Of a stretch of 64,000 bases of DNA, positions 28,722-51,425 are shown piece by piece (the first letter of the stretch is position 1; every line of letters starts with the position of its first letter). The stretch spans positions 24,985,504 through 25,049,503 of the forward strand of contig OZ037765.1 in assembly GCA_964035545.1 (NCBI GenBank), written 5' to 3'. This stretch comes from Bugula neritina. Its lineage: Eukaryota; Animalia; Bryozoa. The position numbers were made by a program, and so were the translations under genes. Under the pieces are notes generated by a model. It worked only from the letters and a program-made list of their open reading frames with translations. It did not search any database and had not been told where the DNA came from.

Positions 28722-31700
28722 TATTTTTGTTGTTAAATTGTATTATGTTGTGTGTTGTTACTAATTGCCATAATTATTCTGTTTTTTGTTACAGTTTCCG
28801 GTAAAGTAGTTTCTGTTGTCCTTGAGTTTATAGTTTTTCCTTAGTTTAACCATACTCGGCACTCCTAATCTGATTGGTTGAATAACTTTGATATCCGCTT
28901 TTTATAGTTTTAATCAGGCATGTGTTGTAGCATGGGCGCTTTGCTCTTTGTGTTTTAATATTCTACATACTGAACAAAATGTCCCCTAATTTCCCCATCA
29001 CATTCCATTACTTGGTTCAGAAACTATCTTTTGCTGTACTATATCTCAATGGAATAAATATTCGTTTTGCTTTTTATGGTTTCAGCTGCATTGTGATGGC
29101 AATAGATACTAAAAGCTTTTTGCAGTGCCTTTTAAATTATTTCAAATGCATCAAATACTTAATATTTCAATTGTGTAACATATAGTGAGCATGGTTGTGT
29201 TCAAAACAGCTTTAATGTATTGGCATATAGTAGCTATAGTCTTGCTCATGGCTCTGTTTGTGGTCTAATGTTTATACATTTGATTTAACAAATTGTCACT
29301 CGGTAAGAAGCTCGACTTGTTATTATGTGTGTATGCTCAATATTATGTATGATTATTTTATTTGCAACAGTTTATTCTGCAATCAATGGAATTGTGTTAT
29401 CAAAAATTGAAATTTGAAGTATTTTAGTTCGTGTTTATATAAGAAATTTTATGCACATGAAATTAACCCGTATATCTAAGCTGTAACCTTATTAGGAGAA
29501 TTGTGTATTTTATTATTGGCAAACAAACTATTTTTGCAATTTTTTTACATTAAATATTGGGACAAGCCCTACACATTAATGTTTTATTTAGGTTTATCCA
29601 TGCCGATATAGAGATGCAATGTACTGTTTGCATGATAATGGCACTGTAGTGTTCCGAATCAGGAAGTTAATAAATGGCACTGCAGGTAAAAGCTTTGGCT
29701 AAAGATATCAGCTATTCACAGCAGGAAACCTTTAATTAACGTGTGACCAACACTAAAATTTCACCCTTAAAATGGCTTGCATACAACTTTTGCTCTCTAT
29801 TTTTAAAAAAAAAAGTCTTGTGCTTCAAAATTCTGGAAACCTTCAGTTTGGTTTTAGACAATAAAAAGGTGTAATAGAATTGGTATTGATACCATTTAAA
29901 TATAAATAAATTTTTTATTTACCGACTTTTTTTTAGCAAAGGGTATTGAATATTTGTGTATATATCTTGTATACATTGTTATATATTCTGTAGCAAATGT
30001 TCAAACCTATTCGTATATTATTTCTATCTGGCGTTCAGAAGCTGGTGGTTCAGAGGGCTCTGTAGCAGGAAAATCTCCTGGGTTTGGTTATGAGTCACTC
30101 TGCAGCTCTGATGGAATGAGGATTACCAAGTCACAGAAGGTCTACGGCTTAGCTGTCTGTCCCGCCACAGAAATGAAGGCTGCAGTTGTAACAAGTGAAG
30201 GGAAACTGTTAGTTTGGGAATTGTCCCCTGTTTCAGTGAGTTTAATTATGATATGAAGTGAAGAGTTTTATTGGTTTCATGTTTCAGGTATGCGAATAGC
30301 AGTACATTGAAGAATATGTGATATGTTACATTTATGCAGTATTAAGATATTTGCATACATCTTGGCCATTATCTACGTATTGAGGGTTGTGTGTTCAAGC
30401 AGGTTGAATTTATAATAAATCTTGTGCACACATATACTGAATTGATTTGGGAGTTTTGCTCACCTGCTGATGATGCCAGTCAGTCAAGCTAGATAGTAGG
30501 CTATTGACCTATACTATCAATATGTCAGCATTTAATATGCTATTCTTTTTAACTTGCATTTACATTTTCATGTTGTCAATTGGAATACATATCTATATAA
30601 CTTGATATATTTTCATCTAATATCATAATAAACTGACTGGACATGCAACATTATTGTAAGTTAGATAACGATTTTTTTGTGAAGACATACTAAGTGATGG
30701 CGGTCATAACATAGACTGATATTATTTTTTAGAAACATATTGATGCGGGCGTGAACGCTATACCCCAGTACATAGCAAGTATTTCTGAGTTGCTCAATCC
30801 ATCAACTTCTGGCCAAAGCATGTTGCCAGAAGAGGAGAAGTTGTCATTCCTTCTTACTGGAGTCTCCAACTCTCTGTCTCAGGGACCTTTCGTTATTAGG
30901 ATGTGTCCTCCATTAACCACCAAAAACTTCCACATCTATCAGCCATATTTAGCTGTTGGTAAGTTTAGAATATATTTTGTGTAATATCTGCTTAAGTTTG
31001 CTGCACTGTATACAGGTCAGTTTACTTAATTTAGTACACACTGGAAATTTCCAGTTTTTAGCTATTTTTTACAATTTAGCTGCTAATGAACATGGGTTTT
31101 CGCCCAAAACTAGTAAAATATGAATAAACACACCTAAATAATCAAGGTTATTCTTAATTTTGCTTGATTTCCCATGTTTTTTTTTAATTATTCAGCTACT
31201 TTTGATTTCGGAGAGTTACGGTTTTTTCATAACACTCTGCACTCATTAAAAAAGCTCACTTAGACTAATACCTATTTGATTTGGTGATTTCAATAGATTG
31301 AAATGATATGCTGTTACTGTTTTAATTACATTTGGAATTTTTTGTTTTTGACTCATTGTTGATCACAAATGATTCTGTGGATAAATGATAGTAACATTGT
31401 CATGATAATCAATTTTTTACTTTTTAAAATGCTTAGTTGCCACAGGATTATAATATGTGCATATAGGTTCTGTGAAAGGAACTATACAGATATTTGACAT
31501 ACAGACTGGTCACATGGTCCGTGATGAATCAGTTCTTTCCTGTCAGGTTAGGGGCATCGAATGGGCGTCCCTACATTCATTGGTGGCTCATGGGTGTGAA
31601 AACCTGAATGGTAATACTGGCAAGAGTGAGATTGCGTTTGTCAACATTAAAACAGGTAGCATAACTCTACCATATATCAGTTCTGTCTACTTTATACCGT

Positions 31701-34700
31701 TACTCTGTTTGCTATGAGTAGATTTTATACCAGATATTAGTAATAATACTGAGTACTTATTTCTGAACAGGGAATGTAACCAACTTCAGACCTTCGAAAC
31801 CAGATGAAGGAGTAGTACAGATGATTCGTATATCTCATATGAAGTGAGTATAAACACAATAACTATAACCTATGTATTATTGCTTGAAATTATTTATTTT
31901 ACTTGATTGATTGGATATGTATTTGCATTTATTTATCCATTTTAAGAATTATATACATTATTTTTATTGTAAAAAAGATTGTATCATTAGAATACTTGTG
32001 GATTGCTGAATTTTCTCTGTGCAGTAGAAAACCGATTTTGTAATATAAGAGAGAAAAAGTACCTTATGGACATGTGTTTTGTCAGATAAATGATATCCTC
32101 TTTTAAAAATATATCTTTCATTATTGCAGAGTATGTATTTGTACTGCGTAGGGCATTGCTTGTTAGAATCAGCGAGTCTTAAGCCTTCTAATGGTGACTG
32201 ATGAACTTTAACTGGTAATTGTGACGAAGAAGTGGTTTGAAATGATTATATAACGCAGATTATTGCAGTTCATTATTAGTATTAGTGTATAATAGCTTTC
32301 ACTGTACCTCACAGGCACTATATGGTGATTGTATTCAAAAACAAACCAATGGAGTTGTGGGAGATGAAATCCTTAACTTTACTGAGAGAAATGCCTCCTA
32401 ACTTCCCAACAGTCACGTCACTTGTAAGGTTTTAGCTCATTACTTGCACTTTACACATTGCTATCACATAACCTTTTAAATTTATTTAATGTTTTGCATA
32501 CACTTGATAATTCCAGGAATGGTCACCATCGTCATTCAAAAAGAAGTTAACGACGGATGATAATGAAGGTTACTCCAGGTGAATTGAATTATGAATCAAA
32601 CAAAACAATATTTTTGTCATTTACTAAACAAACTAATATTTGTTCTCACTTTACAGCTCTTTCCAACTATTATGTTCTGCAGCTCCCATAGTATGGTGAA
32701 GGAACACTTTGTCTTCACAGACAACACGTGTCTGCTACATCACTATACAGTAGAGGGAAGTCTGATTAAAGATGGTTCAACTATTGGAGCTCAGGTAAAC
32801 ACACTCTCACTATGACCTGTACCTTGTACAATATACTCATGAGAAATCGCTAGATATCATATATTCAGAATAAATTGTATGATGTAGTTTATATATAAAC
32901 ATGCTTATTGATGTAAGTATTTAGCCTTTTCTAGTTGAATATTGAATGTTTTAATTACAAGCACTGTCTAATAACTTGACTACTACTGCCACACACCTGC
33001 ATAATGTTGACACTTGTAGGGTGTCAGTGGCACTGTTACTGCAATGGGATGGAAGAATGAGTTACTTTGTTTAGGTGATGTCAACAGCAACATCACTTTC
33101 TGGAACCTGCGATATAAAAAGACTTCGTAAGTTAGTTTGACTTAGCCATTGCTGTAGTTCTATCTATAAGCCATTGCACCATGTTGACTGTAAGTGTTGA
33201 TTGTGTGTAGGAATTGGGCTATGGGGAAAGGCATGGTTAGAAAAATTCGCTTTGCTCCTGGAAAAGAGAACAGCAAAATTCTGATGCTGTTTAATGAGGA
33301 AGTGCAGGTCTATGACAGAGTGACTGTAAGTATACACTCTTTCTTATCGATGATATTTACCTGCTTTACCTGCAGTATGTGCTTGGCAGCGCATAGCTCT
33401 GTCACCAAGATTAGGTGAATGTAAAAATTGGTTTTTTTAGCTTGAGTAGTACTGAGTAGTCTTACTTAATTATTTGGAAGTTTTAATTGTGCTGAAGTTA
33501 TTAATGTATTGCATAATTATTTTATAACTTCACTCAATTTTCTCTCCAGTAATTATGTTATTGTGAGACTATTTTGTTTTTATTTTGTTATTTAATGATT
33601 AAATAGTTATATTTTATATAATAATCTCAACTTTTTTAGTACATGACAATAAGTAGTCTGAGTTTCCCCAAAGCTATCGGCCGTGTGAGTGACGCAGACT
33701 GGGCAGCCTCTGATAAGATTGCATTATCCATAGCAGACGGATATGTGGCTATAACTGATGTGTCAATGCAGCACTTCATGACGTATCTCCACGCTCTTCC
33801 CGAGCTCAGTTAGTGGACCTTAGACTATTTTTATTATTATCATTGGGGTTTATTTTCAACAGAAATGCGTGATTTGATTAGCTTTTCTACCAAATTTATT
33901 CTCTTAAATTGTTTTTAATGGAAAATGACCAATTATTGTCATTAATTATGACTCTATATAAAGTTTTAAATACGGTCTAAACACCATATCAACTTATTTT
34001 AAGTATTGAACCTTTCTGATGTACATTTAATGACAATAACTACTGCTCTGCTCACCATATACAAATTATTACATTTTATTACAGGTGAGAGTTATCTTCC
34101 CTGTGTATACCCGGCTTCTCAACAATTATTAATAAATTATCAGCTATATCCCCAGCCGTGGAGTGTTGATTCACCAGAACAGTCTCAGCTGGTTAACTTT
34201 CCAGAGTTCGTATTCTACTTACCACAGAAATATGTCTTGTTACTATAAATAGCATTATCTGCAGCACCATTTTCATTTCTGAAAGAATTGACTTTAAAAA
34301 GTTTACTGGTTATCAGGATAAAAAATATATATAATATTTTCATATTTATATTCTAAGTCAAGTCTTTCAAGTATTCTTGAAAAGCCATTTTTATTCACCC
34401 TGTTTTATATACATTCTATATACAAGAGCCTGTTTTTTCTATTTTGTTGTAATTTCACTTAAAATGGATTTTATATATGTTATATTTCTTTTTTATAATG
34501 GTATTTTTGTAGTAACATCAAGAAATCCTTGAGATTATCAGCATCTAACAACACTCAACACTGTCTACTTGCATCCCACCTTTGTGGAAATAGATTTGCT
34601 ATTGATTTCTGGACTGTCGCTTCACACTACATGAAAGTCTTGAAGAACAGACAATCGGGAAAGGCAGGAGAAAATTCTGATGATTCTAAAGGTAAGAAAT

Positions 34701-37294
34701 TATTAGTTTTGCTCTTGTATTACCCAAATATTAAAAATTGGTTAGCATTTGGTTAGAACTAATTTACCATGTTTATTTTTTAACTACCAGGTAACTTGTT
34801 TGTGCCAAATACTGCTGAAGAAGAAATAACAAAAGATAGTGATTCTACTTCTTCTACAAATGAAGCTTTTGCTTCCCTTGAGTCTAGTCTCGAAATCTTC
34901 TCTACTAACAAAACATTTAAGGTTAGAAACAAACTCTTTATATTCTGTTCAGAGCTTGTAAACAAGTTTTTTTTATTTTACAAACTTTGTTATTCCAAAC
35001 TCTAACATAATTTTTTCAATAGCTTGATGTTAGAATACTTTTTCGGGTTTTTATTAGTATTACTTCTGGCATGTTGATTCACTATAATGATTTGTTTAGG
35101 AAAATGAGTTGTGTCGGGTGACGCTACAGGAGCTAAAAAATTACGGTAGTGAAGCTCGACTTGATTGCGCAAGGCGATATATTCTGCTCGGTGAATATGA
35201 CAGAGCCGTACACTTGCTGCTGCAGTCTGAGTCAGACAGCTCTAGTTCCTACACAGACTCATTGAGGTATGTATCTTCATGCTGGGATATAATTTGCCAT
35301 TTTTCATGTTTTCCTTGCTAAAGCAGCTAAGTTTTCGATTGTCACTCCTATTTTTAGTTTATACTATTAACAATTTAGTCATTGTAGTATTATGTGAATG
35401 AACTTTATTAAGCATATAACATGTTATTAGATTGAGTTGTAAAGAGAGAGTTTCAAACAGCACTAGCTTTTTATCTGAAAGCTTTACATAGCTTTTTCTC
35501 TTAAAGCCTGCATAACAACAATGTTATAATACAACTGTCATGACTTTATAATTTCTCACAATTCATACAATTTTATTTAGTCATTTCATATATTTCTTTC
35601 TTATTTATTTATTATTATTTTGTCAGGTAATTATGTAGTTGGTGATACATTTTCTGTGAAATCAATATTTTAGAGCATGTCTTCTGGCGACTGTAAGAAC
35701 TTCTGGAGCTTCACAAAGTACTCTAAAGTTGGTTGCCACTAGTCTTATTGCTCACGGAAAGTTAGCTGGTAAACCATAAATTTTATGATTACTTTACAGA
35801 AGTTATGTGTGGTTATGTTTAGTTTCAATCAGTATTATGCAGCCCTATTCTAATTAACATGATGAAATAAAGGAATTTTGATTAACTTTTTGATTATGCA
35901 TGTAAAGCCTGTGGCTACTTTAGCGCTAATGTGTTTTGAATTTCATTTAAATTTTATTTTGCTGTAAATTCATTTTAGTACTTTATTTTACATTTACACA
36001 AATCTGAAAAAGAAAATAAAGCTACCAACAATATATTAGAGTGTTTAATGCAACAAATGGGTATTGTTGTCAACATTTTAATATCTCTCTAATATTTTAA
36101 AAATTATTTTGTTTCTATGTGTTATGTAATGTATTTCAAATGGTTGTATTGTAGAGGGTGTGGAACTTCTTTGTCTGATAGACAAGAGTTTAGATGCCTG
36201 CCGGTATCTGCAGAGTTATGGACACTGGGATGAGGCTGTGTGGCTCTCTAAAGTTACGCTTCCAGATGTGGACTCTGCTGAAGTTATTAGCAGATGGATC
36301 AACGATTACCTTACATCACCATCAGTTAATCAAAAGGTATTCAAACTTAGCACTTGGGCATTGCTCAAGTACTTTTATCAGCAAAAATACAGCCACAAAG
36401 GGATGAGATGAGTTTATCTAAGTTGCTGAATAATGCTCTACCCTTTCTGCACTCGATATTTTGATGTGTTTAATATGATCGGTGTGTATTTTAATGCACT
36501 ATTACATGTATCATACAGTAAACAAACAATATATCTTAAGTTTTTAGCAAAACTGATTTATTTCAACTGATTGTTTAGAAGCAGGCTGTGCTTGCTGCTC
36601 TTAGCACAGGAGACTTGATGAAGGTTGTTGAGCTGCTCTATGGCATGCAGTGCTTTTCCCTAGCAGCAAATTTCATAGAAGCATGCTTTCAGGAGGGATT
36701 GCTGGCAGTTACAGAAAAAAACTGTATCCTTTATTTATTGATCTACAGTTTGCATTGGAATTTTAGTACTATGCACATTTACCTCTCTATATGGCACATG
36801 TATTAGCAATTAATTATTAATACCACAATTAAACTACAATGCACGTCCATTGAATATTCCAGTGAAATTCTGGCCCGTGGTTGTTGCAAGGTAATAGCAG
36901 TTGTAGTTGCTTTAGTTTTCATCAAAATTGCTTTTTGCAACCCTTCTTTAGATACTAAAATTGTATGCTATAAACTAGTGTTAATGGTAGTGTTAATGCT
37001 GGTGAACTCAAGAAGCACAATATTACAAAATATCAGCTGCTAACTGCATCATTGTAATTGAGTAACATAATTTTGTATTCCCAAGTTTCCCTTCAACAAA
37101 GTGTATATAAATAATTCAGTTTGATATTTCCTCAACAAATTACAGCTCCAACAATTGAAGCTGTTTATTTGCGATATGGGCGTCTCTTGAATGATGTGGA
37201 TATGGACAATGGTGCAATCTACTGCTGGGGAAAAGCTGGTGAGCAAGGAAAGCAGTGTTTGGTGGAGATGCAACTATCTTCTTCCTCTAATTAG
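24898..37294 (+). CDS. WDR11: WD repeat-containing protein 11
   Basis: N-terminus MKIAARVFPGTLVSQNKGALIWGDHGLIAY, plus RMCPPLTTKN, VRGIEWASL, LLREMPPNFPTVTSLEWSP, VKEHFVFTD, KIRFAPGKENSK, LKLVATSLIAHGKLAEGVELLCLIDKSLDACRYLQSYG. The last exon 37146-37294 ends in TAG. Confidence 0.93.
25983..26053 (-). pseudogene. Degenerate tRNA-like unit (tRNA pseudogene or isolated SINE head) in a WDR11 intron
   Basis: Minus strand GTCTCCG TG GTGT AATGGTTA GCAC A CTTGC TTGCAA GCCAG AGGTC TCGGG TTCGAAT CCCAG TAGGGAC. A box (TGGTGTAATGG) and B box (GGTTCGAATCC) are intact. The cloverleaf has three stem mismatches and a 6-nt anticodon loop. TTTT follows a few bases downstream. Confidence 0.75.
27893..28280. 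repeat. 33-bp minisatellite, about 11.8 copies, in a WDR11 intron
   Basis: Unit GTAATACTATAATACTATATAGCATCTCTCTGT with point variants. It accounts for the repetitive ORFs 27877-28284 and 27867-28097. Confidence 0.97.
28687..28717. repeat. (AT)n microsatellite
   Basis: About 15 AT units read directly from the sequence. Confidence 0.95.
36724..37145 (+). other. U12-type (minor spliceosome) GT-AG intron, the last intron of WDR11
   Basis: 5' site GTATCCTTT. Branch-like TTTCCTCAAC at 37127-37136, 9 nt before the intron end, with no polypyrimidine tract. Removal restores the frame (AAC T|CT CCA ACA ATT GAA). Confidence 0.88.
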
Positions 37295-37514
37295 TTCAAT
37301 ATTTCTGTGGTCAATTCACCACATTGGTTTTTGTTCGCAATATATTTAGATTTTAATCGCGGTTATGGTGCTAGAAATTGATTCAAGATATTATTTATAA
37401 TGTTATTTATAATATATTGTATATTTACAAAAAATGCTATTTACACGAATAAACATGATATTAGTTATATAGATATTAGACATGTTGTAAATTAATGTTC
37501 TGTTCCTCCCGCTC

Positions 37515-46226
<8,712 letters not shown>

Positions 46227-46229
46227 TAT

Positions 46230-46680
46230 GGTTATTATTGCAACATAAATCAACGACTGTGTCAAAATTTCAAATTCAATAACAAGGATTGAACAGGATT
46301 GCTATTTAAACATTTTTTTAATTCAGTTAAGAGCGCTGTTCGAGGCTCATTTTCGCAAAGCTGGCTATAGCGCTGATTCCTTGCTTTTTTTATTCAAACG
46401 GTGCGATAAACCTTCAGAAGTTGTTTTGTTTAGCGACTAGCGTTTGTCCAATTAGACAGCAAAGGCTTGGGTGGGCGTTTCCGGTGTAATTTCTATTATT
46501 TCTGTTGGTGCGAGTGTTGCTGTTGGAAAATACCACAGCCTTCGAACTTGCCAATCTGCTAGGCAAGTGCTGACCATTCATTAATCACAAGGTCGTCATT
46601 TTTTTTATTATTCATTATGAGATTCTTATCAATGTTTACTGAAATGTAATTTTCAGCTAGTAATTTTTGCTTACGGCTGC
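46230..46680. promoter_or_regulatory. Putative bidirectional promoter RPB2/SAC2
   Basis: CpG-rich patch between divergent genes, with GGGTGGGCG (GC box) next to TTCCGG (ETS-like) at about 46469-46484. Confidence 0.55.
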
Positions 46681-46684
46681 GTGT

Positions 46685-47240
46685 TAGTGTTATACTATTA
46701 CTAATAGTAATAGTAATACTAATAGTAATACTAATAGTAATACTGATATACAAATTTATTTTTAAATTAATTTTAAAAGAATTTTTCTTCAGTTTTAGTT
46801 TCACGTTTAGATTTAGTTTAACACTTGATGTATACTAATATTTTTTAATGATAAAATCATAAATAAGTTGTTTAAGTAAAACTAAAAGTAAAAGACTAAG
46901 TTACTCTAAGTAAATTTAAACATTATAAAATTAAATATCGATATCAGTATGAATATGAATACCATCGTGATCGTATAGCATCAGTAATGATAGTCATAGT
47001 CATAATGATAACATTATGATTACTAATAGTAATACTATCGAATCTAATCTTCTGATACTCATGGCGATAGTGATACTGATAGTCATATTCATACTGATAA
47101 TGACACTGACTGTGATGCTGATAGTCACAGTTAACGTAATACTAATAGTGATACTAATAGTAATAAGTAATAGTAATACTAATGGTATAAAACTTATATT
47201 AATACTGATACTAATAGTAATATTTAATCGTATAGTCATT
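46685..47240. repeat. Degenerate hexamer-periodic blocks on the SAC2 side of the RPB2/SAC2 promoter
   Basis: 19 consecutive in-register hexamers at 47052-47165. These produce the ITISITIS and ILIVILIV pseudo-ORFs. Confidence 0.85.
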
Positions 47241-48275
47241 GGGTGAAGCATAAATAGCAATTTTGTGTCTGTTTACTAGGATTGTCTATCTCCAACTATT
47301 CTGCTTTAAAGTTTACATGAAACATTATTTGTTTGGTGTTGCACATTTGGTTTGGTCATTTTCATTGTGTGGGCTATGGAGACAGGTGTGCCAGAAACTT
47401 GACTGTTTAGATTTTAGTAGCAGTGCAAGGCTTGTTAATGACTTTTGCTACGTTGCTGGCTGATTTTAGGTTTAGCTTCATTTTCAAATTGATAGTTAGT
47501 TTTATATATGTTAATTATAATTGACTCAGCAGATACCTGTTGTGTAAAAGAAGTCATATTTTTACTACTCGTGCAACAGGCTTGTTGAAGTAATAAGTAC
47601 TCTTTAGCACTTCATTTATGTCACAATAATTGTTATAATTTGCTTAGCTGTGTATTAAACTTTCTCAGGCTTAGATTTATAAGACACACCCTTCAACTAT
47701 AAGAAAAACAATCTTTCATAGTGTCTTTTAGATATAGTTCCTCCTGATTAAATCACATGGTGTTTTTACTATATTTGCTTGCTGTGTTTTATATGCTAGA
47801 ATTAATGCTATACTAGTTATTTATTGTAAAGTTTGATTTTTTATAAATGTTATATGAATTCTACTAGTACAGTATGGTTACACATTATACACTTGATCTT
47901 TGCAAAATTTTACTGCTTTTCAGGTTTTTCCTTATCGGCTAATTTGATTGGATAGTGCATGTAATTTTATAACATCAAAATATAACTTGGCTATTTTTGA
48001 ATGCTGTTACAATTGTAATCACTGCACAGTATAATATAGCACCCTCAAATACTAACGGTTGTAGGCACAAGAGTTAGTCTACGTATGAAGTATTAGGTTT
48101 TGGGCATTTTTGATTGTAATCAATGAGCTTACATTAAATTACACATAATTCATCTTCAGCTTCTTTAAATTTAGATTAATAGTAAAATCCATGTATATTT
48201 TTAGAAACAACCAACTTTCCATGGTGAACATAGTAAGTTGCTATTTAATGGTGCTGGTAATTATCTAGACAGGTG

Positions 48276-51200
48276 ATGGAGGTGTATGAAGCCTCTGATT
48301 TTTTCATCATCCAAGATGGTGATCATTCTCTTTGGTGTAATAGGAACACTGGGTCTATTGAAGCAAGGCCAGGTAAGATCACAAGTGGAAGCTTCTAGTT
48401 GTAAAGTATATCCCCACTGTTTACAAGACAGTAGAACAATTATTTTTCACTTTTTTATTGGCAATTGATAGGAGTAAATAAATAAAGTATCTGGTAGCAC
48501 GTAGAGATTTACTGTTCTTGTATGTAGGTGAAGCATTATGTGAGGCATGGAATCCAGTGTGTATTGGAAAAATTGATGGTGTCATAGGAAAAATAAAAGT
48601 TCTTCCAGGTATGGGTGTTTCTTCTATTTTATGGTTTTTATTTTGATTTTTGTGTGTCACATTGAAATTAAAATTTGTCCAAGAGATTGGTAAAAATCAA
48701 AACAAATTTTAGATATTGTCATAACTTGTCTGCTAATGTTCAACAAACTAAGAAGCATTGTTTTCTGGTAGTCCTTTGATCATATATTCATCTGTCTGTA
48801 AATATTATTGAATCTTGAATATTGCATTTGTTGTCACTTATTTGAAAACTTGTGTACAATTACTTTTTTTAACTCCCCAATACAGTGGTGGTATAGAAAA
48901 GCTAAGCTACCAGCTGGCTCATGTAATATTTTAGTTCCTTCTAAGCTAATTAAAGCAATTTGCTTGAAGTTTTCTTAGATTTCTGTAACTATTTAGAGTT
49001 GATTCAGTATCAGCCACTATGTGCATTTCCTGGAAATATATATTCACATTTGTGGCTTTACATCCTTCAATAATTGTCTAACCATTTCGAAGAAGTCATT
49101 TACATAATTGAATATATAAGACATTGCCACAGGCTCTTCTCTGGTAATGATCTCTCAGTCTAACAACTCAATTGCTTTTTGGTTCATTATACAACCAGCA
49201 TTTTTCAGTGTCATTCTACGGGAGTAATGAATGCTTCTTAGTACACAGTTGTAGCATAATAGACAATCATTAGCCATTAGCTATGTCATCTAATAATAAC
49301 TTTAGTTCAAGAACTTTGGCAGACCAGTAATAAATTCCGTTACATAACCACCTGCTGGCATTTGCCAGTACCAGCAGGTGGTTGTAACTACAACTCTAAG
49401 TCGTATATCTATTGCTTTGCATTAACATGGCCGCAGTGTACATTGATTTTAATTTCAGATTGGTTCATTTCCTCATAGTTGGTTCTTTTTTTTAATCTTT
49501 TAAATTGTTGCAGATGATTTTTTATTTAGTTTTGTTAAGTTTTTGGTATTGTAAACTTTCAAATATCTCGAGAAAATAGTTTTCTTTTTCATTCATAGAT
49601 GTAGAGCTGCGTACCACAGTACTTGGGGCATGTTTTGTACGTCTACTCGAGCATACTTAGCACAATATAATTATGCTTTTAAAAGAATACTTCTTTGTAC
49701 AGGTATTCCCATGCTATTTGCTCTAGTATTTAATGCTAATACTTATTGAATGTATTATAGATTCTGAATGGAGGTTGATGCTAATAAGACAGCGCAGGCA
49801 TGTCGGGAAGACACTGAATCATGCCAATGTGTATAAAATAGAAAAAGTTGCTTTGCTGCCTCTTTCCATGAAAAGCTTGCCATCAGAGTTTGAACTCACT
49901 GTAAGTTTAGGCGATGTGTTTTATTGGCACAATTTTTTCAACAAAATACTCAATTGTTTTGATTCAAATATTATTTTCTCATATGTTAGGATATTTTATA
50001 TTCAGGCATTGGAAACTTGACATAATGTAGCCTAAGCCTGCATAATTGGGGTGGGAAATTCTGTTCTATAAGATTAGGCAAGTTTAGAACTGCATATAGA
50101 AACAAATTGTTTGCATCTTTTTAACAAGCAGTTGTCTGCTCTTTTACAAGAATACCTGTTCGTTGGATAGTTTTGAACAAAATGTAAATCATGATTTGTT
50201 CTGTATTGAGACAAAAAAACTGCTGAGAATATTGCTTATCTTTCTATTATCAAATTCTTATCTAAAAACTATTATATTATTAATAATTTCAGGTACATGT
50301 TTAACTTGTAAATCAGCTCACTCCTTTTGTAAAGTCACTTACAAAGCCATAGAAATGCTATCTTTTCTACAAAGCTAAATTGATCTGTTTTCATGCAGTT
50401 TTGAAAATGTTATACAACTGTAACATGCTCTTATGAAATAGACGCTCCTGAAATCTTTGGTGTAGGTCATGTGTACGCTGTGACAAGGTTACCAGCCTTT
50501 CTTCAAGTCATCACTTGTTATCAGCATACAGCTGAGTAATTGGAAAATTGAAGCCCTAACAAAATAATATTTAAGGCTAATTCTTATTATCATTTTGACT
50601 CCTATCCCCTCAGGAGTTTAATTAATTAGTCTAAATATTTTTACTTGATGTCAAAAGCATGTTTGCTAACTTGAATGTTGTTATGCAAGTATTGCTATTA
50701 ACTTTCTTGTTGACATCACTTTAGAGAAAAATAATCTAATGGGTTTTATTCCTGTATGGTGGATATCTGCAGAATAAGTAACCACTAATGTCAAGTCAAT
50801 AGCAGAAACCCAAGTTTCATGTAAACCTATACATGCATCTAATAGGACATCGTGTAGTGTTGTGTGTTAATAATACTTTCTAACTGAACACTGAGTTAAC
50901 CTGCTCAGAATAGGAAGGGTACAACATTAGTAATACCAATATCAATTTAATATTCCTTCTTACACAAAGAATTGTTGAATTACTTAGCAGTATGCTAATT
51001 ATGCCAGCTAAAGGCCTGGCCACACGATCGTGAGAATCACACGAAATCGTCTATTTGACACGAAAAAACGTTCGTACGAGAAAATTTGAGAGAATTTAAA
51101 CGAAATCGTCATCGTTGGGTGTGCACAACGATGACGATGGACGAAAAATCACAATCGACGATAAGTACCATTTGATTGGTCAATAGAATTTTAGCAACAG

Positions 51201-51329
51201 CGATTATTTCATTTCTACTAAGTTTCTCTATTTGGCAATGTTCTGCTGCTTGTATCTCGTGCAAGACTCATTCACGGACTAATAAAAATGACTTGTTGCC
51301 ATCAAAGTGGTATATATTAAGGGTATATA

Positions 51330-51425
<96 letters not shown>

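Noticed and set aside
32197-32245. CTGATGA...GAAA suggesting a hammerhead ribozyme or C/D snoRNA
   Set aside because: No stem II closing next to GAAA and no terminal D box or stem.
46559-47260. Hydrophobic ITIS and ILIV ORFs resembling membrane proteins
   Set aside because: By-products of the hexamer lattice, open on both strands, with no splice or homology support.
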